From positions 69,628 through 133,627 of the IMG/VR virus record IMGVR_UViG_3300047476_000597: a stretch of 64,000 bases of DNA. One strand, 5' to 3'. A program made the translations under genes and the position numbers. Origin of the DNA: a virus. This document shows, one piece after another, positions 20,199-29,900 of the stretch; position 1 is the first letter of the stretch, and every line of letters starts with the position of its first letter. A model generated the notes under the pieces. It searched no databases. It saw nothing but the letters and a program-made list of their open reading frames with translations, and was not told where the DNA came from.

Positions 20199-20366
20199 AT
20201 GAAATGCCAAAACTGTAATACCACATTGTCCTGTAGCTGTCAGGTTAAGGTAGCATCAGATGGAAAAAGATGCTGCGGTAGTTGTATAGGGTCATACGAA
20301 AAAAAGAAACAAAATGCACAAAACAACGTACAGGTGTCCTTGCATAACCAGTTGCCCAGACCTTAG
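20199..20366 (+). CDS. 55-aa Cys-rich protein absent from the ORF track
   Basis: Hand translation MKCQNCNTTLSCSCQVKVASDGKRCCGSCIGSYEKKKQ...PRP*; starts 1 nt after the previous stop; 7 Cys. Confidence 0.7.
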   Translation: MKCQNCNTTLSCSCQVKVASDGKRCCGSCIGSYEKKKQNAQNNVQVSLHNQLPRP

Positions 20367-20553
20367 AGATAAGGAGTGTGAAGTAGCAGAAGACTATGTT
20401 AATACGTTCTATGCTGTTTACATAGAGGCATACTGGGGAATAGAACAGGCTAATAAAACAGTACCAATAAAACAGGCTAGTAAACAGTATGATATATTAC
20501 AATGGCAACTAGCTAACGATTGTGGTACATTATGTATAGAATCAAGAGTATAA
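20314..20553 (+). CDS. Small Cys-containing hypothetical protein
   Basis: 79 aa in a packed operon. Confidence 0.55.
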   Translation: MHKTTYRCPCITSCPDLRDKECEVAEDYVNTFYAVYIEAYWGIEQANKTVPIKQASKQYDILQWQLANDCGTLCIESRV

Positions 20554-20557
20554 TATT

Positions 20558-21175
20558 ATGATAGCAGTTAATAGTAACACAAAAAGCAAGAAGTGCTCTC
20601 ACGTAATGAGTAGCAGCTGTATAACCTGGGATGGTTGTAGGGTAGAGGGTCTGTGTGAACCTGTGTCATTGAATGATGTTATATGCAAGCTAAAAGAAGA
20701 TACAGTATCTACATTCCCTTGTTATACAGGTTCTTGGGTTAGTTTGGTGCCTACTATACCAGCTACTGGTACGGCTGGTGCTACTACTTGGACACTCAGT
20801 AATTTTGGTATATCACAAGAGTTTTCTTTGTCTGTTGACACAGAAGATGTGCCAGGATATAGATGGACTAAAGATGGTAATATACAGTTAAGAGGAACAT
20901 CTGATTTTACTTTTGTTGGTTTTGTTGGTACTGAGGTATTTTCTATCCCATTAGGAACTGTCTCCACAACTTGCTTACCAGCTGGTATGAAGGCTCAGTC
21001 ACATATTATATCAGTAGATCTTGTAGATGCTGACCAACGGTTTGTAATATTTTGTAAAGCCTATATACGTATTACTAGTTCTGGTACACTAGAGTTGTTA
21101 ATATCTATTCGTTCACTAGCTCCTTTTACTGGTAGATATGTACTAGGATTAGGAGGCGTAACATTCAATCTATAA
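20558..21175 (+). CDS. Virion protein with Cys-rich N-terminus and receptor-binding-like beta domain
   Basis: SSSCITWDG N-terminal motif; YRWTKDGNIQLRG resembles phage fibre head domains. Confidence 0.5.
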   Translation: MIAVNSNTKSKKCSHVMSSSCITWDGCRVEGLCEPVSLNDVICKLKEDTVSTFPCYTGSWVSLVPTIPATGTAGATTWTLSNFGISQEFSLSVDTEDVPGYRWTKDGNIQLRGTSDFTFVGFVGTEVFSIPLGTVSTTCLPAGMKAQSHIISVDLVDADQRFVIFCKAYIRITSSGTLELLISIRSLAPFTGRYVLGLGGVTFNL

Positions 21176-21178
21176 TAT

Positions 21179-22381
21179 ATGCCACCACCTCCAACATACG
21201 TACTCAACAAGAAGCAGTCGGTAGCTGCTAATCTTCGTTTTAAAGATAGTAATGGTATTCTTGTTACTGAGATGTACCCGGTAAACTCAATAGAAGGACA
21301 ACCAGATACACCAGAGACAGGTTATATTATGCATATAGGAGCTAGGTTATCAGCTTCTATAGACACTATTAACGCTATTAATACTATTATAGAATCTTAT
21401 TCTACTCGACTAGATAATCTAGAAGCTGAGGTATCTCAGATATTAGCATCAGGTGCCACTACTATACCTCTTGTTAATGGAGGATGCTTGAATAGTAACA
21501 CAGTAGATGAGGTACAAAATGTAGTAGGGTTACTAGTAGAAAATAGCTGTGACTATAACGAGGTATTGGGTTCTATTAGCCAACTTAATACAGCTATACT
21601 ATCTCAATGTGCTAACCTTAATACAGAAAATGCTTATAGTCAGAATACTGACATGGCCGGACTATCTGGTTGGTTTACTACACCAACTACAATAGGACAA
21701 TCATTGAGTAATCTGTGGCGTTCCTATTGTGATATGAGAACAGGAGTAACACAAGCACTGTCACAATCTAATATAACCTGTGCTAGTATAACAATGACTA
21801 TATCAGGGTACTATAACCCTAGTACTAGAGAGCTTACAGTATATACTGGTGGTAGTCACTTACCATCAAATTTCTCAGAAACAGGTAGTTCAGAGTTAGT
21901 AGTAAAAGATAGTTATGGTAATGAGACATCAATAACTATGGACATAGAGTCTGTATTGGCAGCTGGTTTTGTTACTATAGATCTAACATCTTCTGGACTA
22001 TCACAAACCTCTAACTATTCAGTATTTTTTACATGGGATGTTGAAAGTACTACTCCGGCTCTTGGTTGTAATGGTACTAGGGTAATTACTGTTACCAATA
22101 CTGTAGTAGTATGTACACCAGTCAGTATAACACCTGGGTCTACTACTGTTCAGTTTTCTTTTACTCCATATATAACTAGCAACGTCATATACACCTTACA
22201 GCTGTTAAGTGCTTCTGGTACCGTAGTAGAGGCTACTAACACATATGTAAACCCAACTATTAGTGTATCTGGCTCTTTTACTGGCCTTAGTACATCTACT
22301 ACATACTATATACAGTTAACTGTTAGTGTAGGCGGTGTAGAAACTATATGCCCATTGTACACCTTTAATACGACCTCATAA
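21179..22381 (+). CDS. Virion protein with coiled coil and C-terminal FN3/Ig-like domain
   Basis: NLWRSYCDMR segment; C-terminal FTGLSTSTTYYIQL is FN3-like. Confidence 0.6.
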   Translation: MPPPPTYVLNKKQSVAANLRFKDSNGILVTEMYPVNSIEGQPDTPETGYIMHIGARLSASIDTINAINTIIESYSTRLDNLEAEVSQILASGATTIPLVNGGCLNSNTVDEVQNVVGLLVENSCDYNEVLGSISQLNTAILSQCANLNTENAYSQNTDMAGLSGWFTTPTTIGQSLSNLWRSYCDMRTGVTQALSQSNITCASITMTISGYYNPSTRELTVYTGGSHLPSNFSETGSSELVVKDSYGNETSITMDIESVLAAGFVTIDLTSSGLSQTSNYSVFFTWDVESTTPALGCNGTRVITVTNTVVVCTPVSITPGSTTVQFSFTPYITSNVIYTLQLLSASGTVVEATNTYVNPTISVSGSFTGLSTSTTYYIQLTVSVGGVETICPLYTFNTTS

Positions 22382-22848
22382 TGTGTAACTGTTCTAATAC
22401 TACTACATGCAACAGATGTCAGAACAACCAATCGTGTGGTTGCCCTCCTGACTATTCTGTTCCATTGTTACCAGTAACTCCTTGTGAGTGCTGTCCTCCT
22501 GGGTACTATCCATTGGGTAATGGATACTGTTGTGCTGATGGTACTACTTGTAATGTAGCATCTCCTACTAATGTGCCTACTATACCTTGTACTCCCTGTG
22601 AAGATAGTGTAACTACTGACTGTGTTTTTGTAGCAAAAAACATAGATTGTTTAGGATTCAAGGAAGGTGTTACAATGACACAGGCTTTAGAGTTTCTATG
22701 TAAACCAGCTTTTACAGAGATCTTACTATCTAACATTAGTAATACACAACGACTATTAAACATTTTCTGTAACATAGTAGCCTCTTGTGGGCCTGCACCT
22801 GGTTCTAGCACACCAATTCCAGGTCCTATTGATTGGACTATACCATAA
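22381..22848 (+). CDS. Very Cys-rich protein (19 Cys in 155 aa)
   Basis: CxC, CxxC and CC clusters; coupled start (TAATG). Confidence 0.65.
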   Translation: MCNCSNTTTCNRCQNNQSCGCPPDYSVPLLPVTPCECCPPGYYPLGNGYCCADGTTCNVASPTNVPTIPCTPCEDSVTTDCVFVAKNIDCLGFKEGVTMTQALEFLCKPAFTEILLSNISNTQRLLNIFCNIVASCGPAPGSSTPIPGPIDWTIP

Positions 22849-22857
22849 TATTATAAT

Positions 22858-23412
22858 ATGAGCACTACAACAACTGCATCTTTCCCTTGGACATGTGATA
22901 ATACAACAGGTACTACCGCATTTAAGATAAGATATAGACTATCAGGTACATCAGTATGGACACAAAAAACAGTGGCACCTTCTGGTACTACTGTGTCTAT
23001 ATCTGGTCTGGACATTAACAGATTATATGATTTCCAGATAGTTAATGTTAATGGCGCTGAGAATCCAGCGTCTGTTGTTTTTCAGGGTATTAGTTTCACA
23101 GACCCTGAACCAGAGTTTTACCCTACTAATATACAGATAGGAGTAGAGTTTGCTAATCTATCAGAGGATATAGATACCTATACATTAACAATAGCAAAAC
23201 TCTCAACACCTGGTACTATTATAGAAACTAGAGTACTAACACCAGCTGATCCTAATACATATACACTAGAGGGTTTAACACCAGCTACTCAGTATGTTAT
23301 TACTATAACACCAGCTGCTAACCAGTTTACAAAAACATTCTCTTACTTTGTTACTACTGAAGCACTGGCTACCTGTCCGGCTCCTAATAATGTAACAGCA
23401 ACCTTGGCATAA
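22858..23412 (+). CDS. Tandem fibronectin type III domain protein
   Basis: W...FKIRYR...ISGLDINRLYDFQI and YTLEGLTPATQYVITI FN3 signatures. Confidence 0.75.
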   Translation: MSTTTTASFPWTCDNTTGTTAFKIRYRLSGTSVWTQKTVAPSGTTVSISGLDINRLYDFQIVNVNGAENPASVVFQGISFTDPEPEFYPTNIQIGVEFANLSEDIDTYTLTIAKLSTPGTIIETRVLTPADPNTYTLEGLTPATQYVITITPAANQFTKTFSYFVTTEALATCPAPNNVTATLA

Positions 23413-23413
23413 T

Positions 23414-24343
23414 ATGATACTATCAATAACATACGATACACCTACACCACCGGCTACCTGTGGTTTTAAGGCTCAATACAGAAAGAACACTGCAGCTGTT
23501 TATACAGAGATATTGGCAGAGGAATCTTCTACTGGTATGACTGCTACTATAGCTGCTCCTTGTTGTATAGAGGGTTATGTACAATCTGATTGCTGCGATG
23601 GTCTACTATCTGTTAACACTCCTTTTGGTATTAACAGCTACGTAGAGTTTGAAACAGAAGCAGGTAACAATACAGAGATTCAACAGTTTACTATTACAGT
23701 AACATCAGAGTATGCTAACCCATACGATACTCTGGTAGCTGGTACACTATCTTATACAGTAACAGGAGATCCGTACACACTAGACTACGATGTTACACTA
23801 CCAGCTGGTGAAACTACTATTACAGAGAATATAGGAGTAGCACCAACAGTTGCTATAATAACCAGTAATGTGGTCACTAGTTACTCTCCAATATTCTCAT
23901 ATGGTGGGGAGTTACAACAAACAGACCCATTGCGAACACCTGACTACTTTGCATTCATAGCATCTCCATCAGGCAGTGTATGGAATGGTTCTCCTACTAG
24001 CTTACCCTCATTTACACAAAATGCATTTATAGTAACAGAACAAGATGAGAGTGAGAATGTGACAGCTGGTAATCTACTGGTATCATGGATATATGATAGT
24101 ATCTACGAGGATGGGGTAACACCTTATGATAACGTTACATTTGAGGTATATGACAGCAATAGTGATCTTATAGGAACTAATATAGTATCTACTAGTACTA
24201 AAGGACTCAGGAATACTACAATAGCTCTTACTAAAAACAGTATACCACTGGTAGAAGATAACGAGTTTACAATGATTACCCGATGGGACGATAACAGCGA
24301 GATTGTTTCTAAGGTCTTTTATCTACCACCAGCTACAGTATAA
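23414..24343 (+). CDS. Ig-like / beta-rich virion protein
   Basis: T/S/V-rich acidic protein with N-terminal Cys pairs. Confidence 0.5.
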   Translation: MILSITYDTPTPPATCGFKAQYRKNTAAVYTEILAEESSTGMTATIAAPCCIEGYVQSDCCDGLLSVNTPFGINSYVEFETEAGNNTEIQQFTITVTSEYANPYDTLVAGTLSYTVTGDPYTLDYDVTLPAGETTITENIGVAPTVAIITSNVVTSYSPIFSYGGELQQTDPLRTPDYFAFIASPSGSVWNGSPTSLPSFTQNAFIVTEQDESENVTAGNLLVSWIYDSIYEDGVTPYDNVTFEVYDSNSDLIGTNIVSTSTKGLRNTTIALTKNSIPLVEDNEFTMITRWDDNSEIVSKVFYLPPATV

Positions 24344-24374
24344 CAGAGAGTGGTTCCCTCTGCTTTTGGCACAT

Positions 24375-24397
24375 ACCCTTCTCTACAGAAGGGTTTT
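24375..24397 (+). terminator. Intrinsic terminator
   Basis: ACCCTTCT-ctac-AGAAGGGT followed by a short T-run. Confidence 0.7.
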
Positions 24398-24443
24398 GCT
24401 ATTACATGTAAAATATTTATTTCTGTGTTGGAATAACATTAAC

Positions 24444-24452
24444 TATCTTTAA
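24444..24452 (+). promoter_or_regulatory. TATCTTTAA motif 3 nt before ATG 24456
   Basis: Exact copy after the terminator. Confidence 0.65.
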
Positions 24453-24455
24453 CCT

Positions 24456-25082
24456 ATGGAACCGGTGCAGTTAAAAAAACTAAGAACATATAATAAACCA
24501 GATCTTAATGCTCCTAGGTATAGAGAAGAATGTGCTAGAATGGATAGTAAACAACAGCTGCAGGAATTAAGAGAAAAATACCCTAATATAAAAAACTATA
24601 CAGATTCACAGATAAAAAAGATATTTAAAGAGTTCAACAGTACAACATTAGCAGAGTATATAAGAACGGAAAGAGAACCAATAGAGTTTCCATTCTCAAT
24701 GGGCCATATGTTCTTAGGTTCCTATGGAAAATGGTCTGATGGCCGAGTAGATAAGAAACTATCTACTAATATAGGACTAGAAGCACATCATAGGAATGGG
24801 GATAGCGATGGATATGGTCTTTATATTTTCTGGACTGCTTCAGGTGTGACTAGTAAAAAGGTGTTTGCTAATAACCACATGTGGGGCTTTACTCCTTGTA
24901 GAAATCTTTTGAGAGGTGCTAATGCAGCAGTAAGAGCAGTAGATGGTATGTGGAAGACATTCATTCCTGTTCGTAATAGTAAGTTTCTTAGAAGAGATGT
25001 TATACTAGGAAAAACAGCAATAAACAACAAGATGTTTAACCAAGAAGAGATAGAAAAATACGATGAGTTTTCTTTTGATTAA
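24456..25082 (+). CDS. HU/IHF-like DNA-binding protein (crAss-like)
   Basis: Basic protein, IEFPFSMGHMF and FTPCRNL arm motifs; typical position before the tail genes in crAss-like phages. Confidence 0.6.
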   Translation: MEPVQLKKLRTYNKPDLNAPRYREECARMDSKQQLQELREKYPNIKNYTDSQIKKIFKEFNSTTLAEYIRTEREPIEFPFSMGHMFLGSYGKWSDGRVDKKLSTNIGLEAHHRNGDSDGYGLYIFWTASGVTSKKVFANNHMWGFTPCRNLLRGANAAVRAVDGMWKTFIPVRNSKFLRRDVILGKTAINNKMFNQEEIEKYDEFSFD

Positions 25083-25092
25083 TAGGTAGAAA

Positions 25093-25773
25093 ATGGCAGC
25101 AACAAAAATAGGAACAGTAACTAGTAGGTTAAGAGGAATGGTTAAGGCACATAAGCAAGATGCTCAGGTGACTGATCGTTTTCTGTATTCTATATGGAAA
25201 AAATATGCTAGTGTTGCTATTAAGAGGATGGATATACAAGGCAGACTATTACCATTCTCATCAGTTTTTGAGACACTAGATATGGTAGAGTTAGAAGATG
25301 TTGATTTTGTAGAGGCAGCAGCTTGTGTACCTGTTAAAAGCTATAGAACACTAAAGAGAACTAAACTAGCTATGCCTATGTTTACTGAGGGTGCATATGG
25401 TCCTTTAGTCCGTAGCATAACATCATTAGATGGCAGTGTATCATTTACTATAACTACTATGGACACATGGTACCACATATCTAAGAGTAAGAACTACCGG
25501 TATGATAAGACAAAATATTGTTGGTTTATTAATGACCGGCTTTATTTTCCAGACACACTATTTCCAATGGTTAGAATAGAAGGAGTTTTTGAAGAAGATA
25601 TATCTGCTTTTACCTGTTGTGGTGAAGATAGATGTAAACCAAGACAAGAGCAATCTCTTAATGTGCCTGATTATCTTATGGCTGATATAGAGCAACTAGT
25701 ATTGCGTGATCTAGGGATTATTATTCAGATACCTACTGATACTGTACAGGACAATGTTAATATAGCAAAATGA
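25093..25773 (+). CDS. Tail ring / tubular protein
   Basis: ITSLDGS, DRLYFP, VRIEGVFEE and VPDYL segments; gene order. Confidence 0.65.
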   Translation: MAATKIGTVTSRLRGMVKAHKQDAQVTDRFLYSIWKKYASVAIKRMDIQGRLLPFSSVFETLDMVELEDVDFVEAAACVPVKSYRTLKRTKLAMPMFTEGAYGPLVRSITSLDGSVSFTITTMDTWYHISKSKNYRYDKTKYCWFINDRLYFPDTLFPMVRIEGVFEEDISAFTCCGEDRCKPRQEQSLNVPDYLMADIEQLVLRDLGIIIQIPTDTVQDNVNIAK

Positions 25774-26969
25774 GCACAAGACTAAAAGAGTTAAAGTGGA
25801 GAACATTTGATGACCTTATGAATGAGGTAAACATTGACATGTACTCATTCTCACAGGATAGTAGTATACAGCCAGCTCAGTTAATAAAGATGGTACAGCT
25901 GTGTAACAAAGAGCTAGGTGTTAAGATTCAAAAGACTAAAGAGACTGTGCTAGATGTTTGTGATAAAGCAGCTAAACTACCAGCTGATTTTGACCTTGCC
26001 AATTTTGCGTTAGTAGCCCATCACTGGAAAAGGCATGAATGTACTGATCCAGGTTATCTTACTGGTTATAGTGTTACTGAACGTTCAATATATCCTGACC
26101 CAACATTGACTACATGCCCTTGTTGGACTGTTGTGTCTACTGGTGCCCAGACTACTGTTAAACAATGTGATGGCACAGAAGAATCCGTATTCTTTCCAGC
26201 TAATGATGATAGTTCTGCAAAGACTACTAAGGTGTGTGCTATGAGTATTACACCACATGCTAATCTAGTATTAACAGAAGGCAGTGGTTGTTTTTATGAT
26301 TATGCTACTACTAGTTACAGCTGTACAAAACCAGTTGTTTGTAAGGTGTGTGAAAGAGCCCAACGTTCTTGTGGTGGTATTAACCCAGACCCATGGCATC
26401 AGAGCAGCTGTTATACAGTTTGCGATACTCAAAAAGACTGTATTACTGCTATACATACCACAGGCAGTGTTATAAGAGAATACTCTGGTTTTGAACAGTT
26501 CTATTTCTTACCCAGTAGAGAAGCATCTGCTTTTAATATCAATAGTCAGTTTAGAAACTGCAGATACCAAGGGCAGATTAAAAACGGTTTCATATACATG
26601 AATATGGACTGTTCTAAACTATACCTCAACTATCAAGGAACATTAGAAGATGAAGAAGGTAATCTGCTGCTAATAGACCATCCTATTCTTAATGAGTACT
26701 ATGAATACACTATAAAAGCACGTATACTAGAGAACCTTTTTATTAATGGAGAGCCTGATCTAGAAAGACGTTTTCAGTACATAAAAAAGGAGGCTTATGA
26801 TGCCAGACTAAAAGCACTGTCTCTTGTTAATATGCCAGAGGTATCTGAGATGATAAACGCCTACAAGACATTCAGGAGTGTAGCTGATTATAAATACTTT
26901 AGTCCTCTTAATAAAGCATATAGTAATACTCCTAGTATATACACACTAAACTCTTATACCATTGAGTAA
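25770..26969 (+). CDS. Tail ring protein with Cys-rich insertion
   Basis: AKLPADF, IKNGFIY and YQG...DEEGNLL..DHP..EYYEY motifs. Confidence 0.65.
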   Translation: MSTRLKELKWRTFDDLMNEVNIDMYSFSQDSSIQPAQLIKMVQLCNKELGVKIQKTKETVLDVCDKAAKLPADFDLANFALVAHHWKRHECTDPGYLTGYSVTERSIYPDPTLTTCPCWTVVSTGAQTTVKQCDGTEESVFFPANDDSSAKTTKVCAMSITPHANLVLTEGSGCFYDYATTSYSCTKPVVCKVCERAQRSCGGINPDPWHQSSCYTVCDTQKDCITAIHTTGSVIREYSGFEQFYFLPSREASAFNINSQFRNCRYQGQIKNGFIYMNMDCSKLYLNYQGTLEDEEGNLLLIDHPILNEYYEYTIKARILENLFINGEPDLERRFQYIKKEAYDARLKALSLVNMPEVSEMINAYKTFRSVADYKYFSPLNKAYSNTPSIYTLNSYTIE

Positions 26970-29900
26970 CCAAGATAACAGCATAGGAACACAGAATACA
27001 CTCACTGGGGGTTTACAAAAAGACTCTATAGACCTCTATAAAAAAGAGGGTAGTTACTCTCATGCTCGTAATGTAACAGTAGTATTACCTGATGGTCAAC
27101 GTGGTGCTTTACATTCTGAACCAGCTAACAAACTATGTGTAACATTTCCATATGAACCTATAGGGTTTATACACCTAGCAGAAGATCAGTGGGCTGTGTT
27201 TACTACTAATGATGTAGATAGTGAGATAGGAATATTTTATGATAACCAATGTCGATATGAGAGTATAACAAAAGGCTCTCAACGATGTCTTAATTTTAAC
27301 CGTAAGAATCTTATATATGGGACAGCTAGGAGAGGATTTGATTGTGGGTTTAATATTTATTGGGCTGATGGCCACAGAAACCCAGATAGGTTTATCAACA
27401 CTGCTAAAGTACCTTGGATACAAGATTGTACAGGGACTCCTCCAGGTTCTTCCTGTGTAATATGTGTAGATACTAATGTTATAGATTGTAATAGGTTACG
27501 TATTGCACCTGAGTACAATATACCTTGTTTACGACTATCTAAGAGTCAGGGGTCAGGGTTACTGTTGTCTGGTTCTTATCAGGTAGCAATAGCTTATACA
27601 ATAAACGGTATACGGTGCACAGATTATTGTGCATTATCCAACATACAGTCTATATTCCACCATAGTGGTACAGCTGGTGCTGTTAAACTAGAAATAACAG
27701 GTGCAGAACGTACAGTGTTTGATACTATGGAGGTTGTAGTAATCTCTATGATTAACAAACAGGTACAGAGTAAAAGACTAGGAATATACTCAACATCACA
27801 GACTACTATCTATATAGATGATATAGACCAGACTCTTGCAGCTGTAGATATAGGTACCATACCAACAGCTACACCGGCATATGAAAGTTCAGATGCTATT
27901 TACTCTGTTAATAACTATCTATTACGTGTAGGAGTTACAGAGCAACCTGATTTTAACTACCAACCTCTAGCCAATCAGATAGAGATTGACTGGGTAGCTG
28001 TAGAGTACCGTGGTAGTTATTACCATGATGGAGGTGCCTCAGAGCGTGTTGGTACTGGTCTTGGTGCCGATATTATTACCTATCCTATGAATGTAGGACT
28101 GATGAGAGGTGAGGTATACGCATTCTTAATACGGTGGGTATATACTACTGGGGATAAAAGTGCTGCATACCATATACCAGGTAATGCTTCTACTGGGCCT
28201 ACTCTTACTACTATAGGTGGTGGTACTGTAGACGGAGGTAGAATAGTTGCAGCTGGTCGTATGGGTGGTTACTACAGTCAAGAGTTATATCCCGACAATC
28301 AGTTCTCTGTTTGGGGTAGTTTGTGTGGTACTCGTATTAGGCACCATCGTGTACCATGGATGACTGATTTTGCTAGTACTAATGATCCTGTTACAGGTGG
28401 CTCAGTAACATCGCATATATCTAACCCTATATTCAATCCGGTTACTGGCGGTACTACTAACAACATCCGAGTGATGGGTATACGTGTTAGGAATGTACAG
28501 CTGCCAGTAGGACAGGATGGTATTACTCCACTAGGCAATATACAAGGGTATGAGATATTAAGAGCATCTCGTGAGGGACATATGAGTGTACTAGCTAAGG
28601 GCATGTTGAATAGTATGCGTACATACACAGATCCTTATTCAGGTAAACCAGCATTACTCCAGAACTACCCATATAATGACCTTAGACCAGATTACTATCT
28701 GACATCTGATTATGATACTATTAGAGTAGGACATGCTAATACTGCAGCTAACCCATCTCCTAAAAGGAATACTGCACCATTAACAGGGTATAGGAATGAT
28801 GTACTATCTTTTCATTCCCCTGATACAGTGTTTGATAATCCATACCTAGGACTAGGTAGATTAAAACTAGAGTGTCAGTTACGTGGTGAGACTACTGGTT
28901 ATTTCAGACAGGCATACAGGCATGGTAACTTTAAAACCATGACTGATATATTGGGTATTATATCTGCAGCTGTTAGTGCTATTATGGCTTTACTAGATGC
29001 TATTAATACAATAGCTGGAATAGCAGGAGGTAATACTACTCCTCTTACTGTAGCTGCTACAGAAGATGTTCCTCTTAGTGTTCCTTTGTATGCTAACAAT
29101 AGTTTTAGTACTATAATAGCCGGTGCAGACACTTCTCTATTTTGGAGAACTATCATAGCTGGTATTAATATAGCTATATACGCACTATGGGCTGGTATAA
29201 AATTCATAGTACTGCAAAGACAGTTGTTAACAATATTTAAGAGTTTAGTACCGGCAAGGGCATTTGCATGGCAATATGATAGTATTGGAGAGTATAATAG
29301 AATATCTAATGACCTTGTTGATGGTAACAGTGTATATGATATAACAGACTATCAGTATGTTAAGAGTGGTGTACAGTTTCTAGCTGGTGCCACTGTTAAT
29401 AACCTATGGAGAGGGGATTTTGTAGGACTCCAGTTATCGGCACCTGTACCAGACCTTGCTTCTGTACGTGAGATTAGCAGATTTACTATGGGGCAGCTGG
29501 GTGTAAGACCAGATGAGAATGAATCTACTATGGGGCCATATACATCTAATAGACTATCTGGTTCTGGGCCTTACGATGTAAACGAAACACCTTCTAGTCA
29601 GTTAGCTTCCTTTTATGGTGCTTATACTGTACCACAGGCTACTCAGTATGGACAGATAGATAGTACTAAGAATGTACCTATCTCTTGTGTGTATCCAGTA
29701 GATGTGACAGCTACTACACCATATACATCAGGAGTAATCTTTGGTGGTGATACATACGTGTGTCGGTACACAGAGAAAAACCCTATGTTCTTTTTTAACG
29801 ACTGGTTACAGAATGCTCCTGACGATTTTGAGTACAATTACCGTAACTACATCAACGTACCATACCCTAGGTTTTGGGTAGACAATACTAATGTGTACAA

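Noticed and set aside
22381-22848. Eukaryotic EGF/TNFR-like gene or contamination
   Set aside because: Coupled to phage neighbours with the same codon style; Cys spacing matches no specific eukaryotic domain I can support.
26955-26970. Frameshift or fusion between the ring protein and muzzle genes at the TTG start
   Set aside because: No slippery sequence seen; an overlapping TTG start (or a one-base variant of ATGAGTAA) is simpler.
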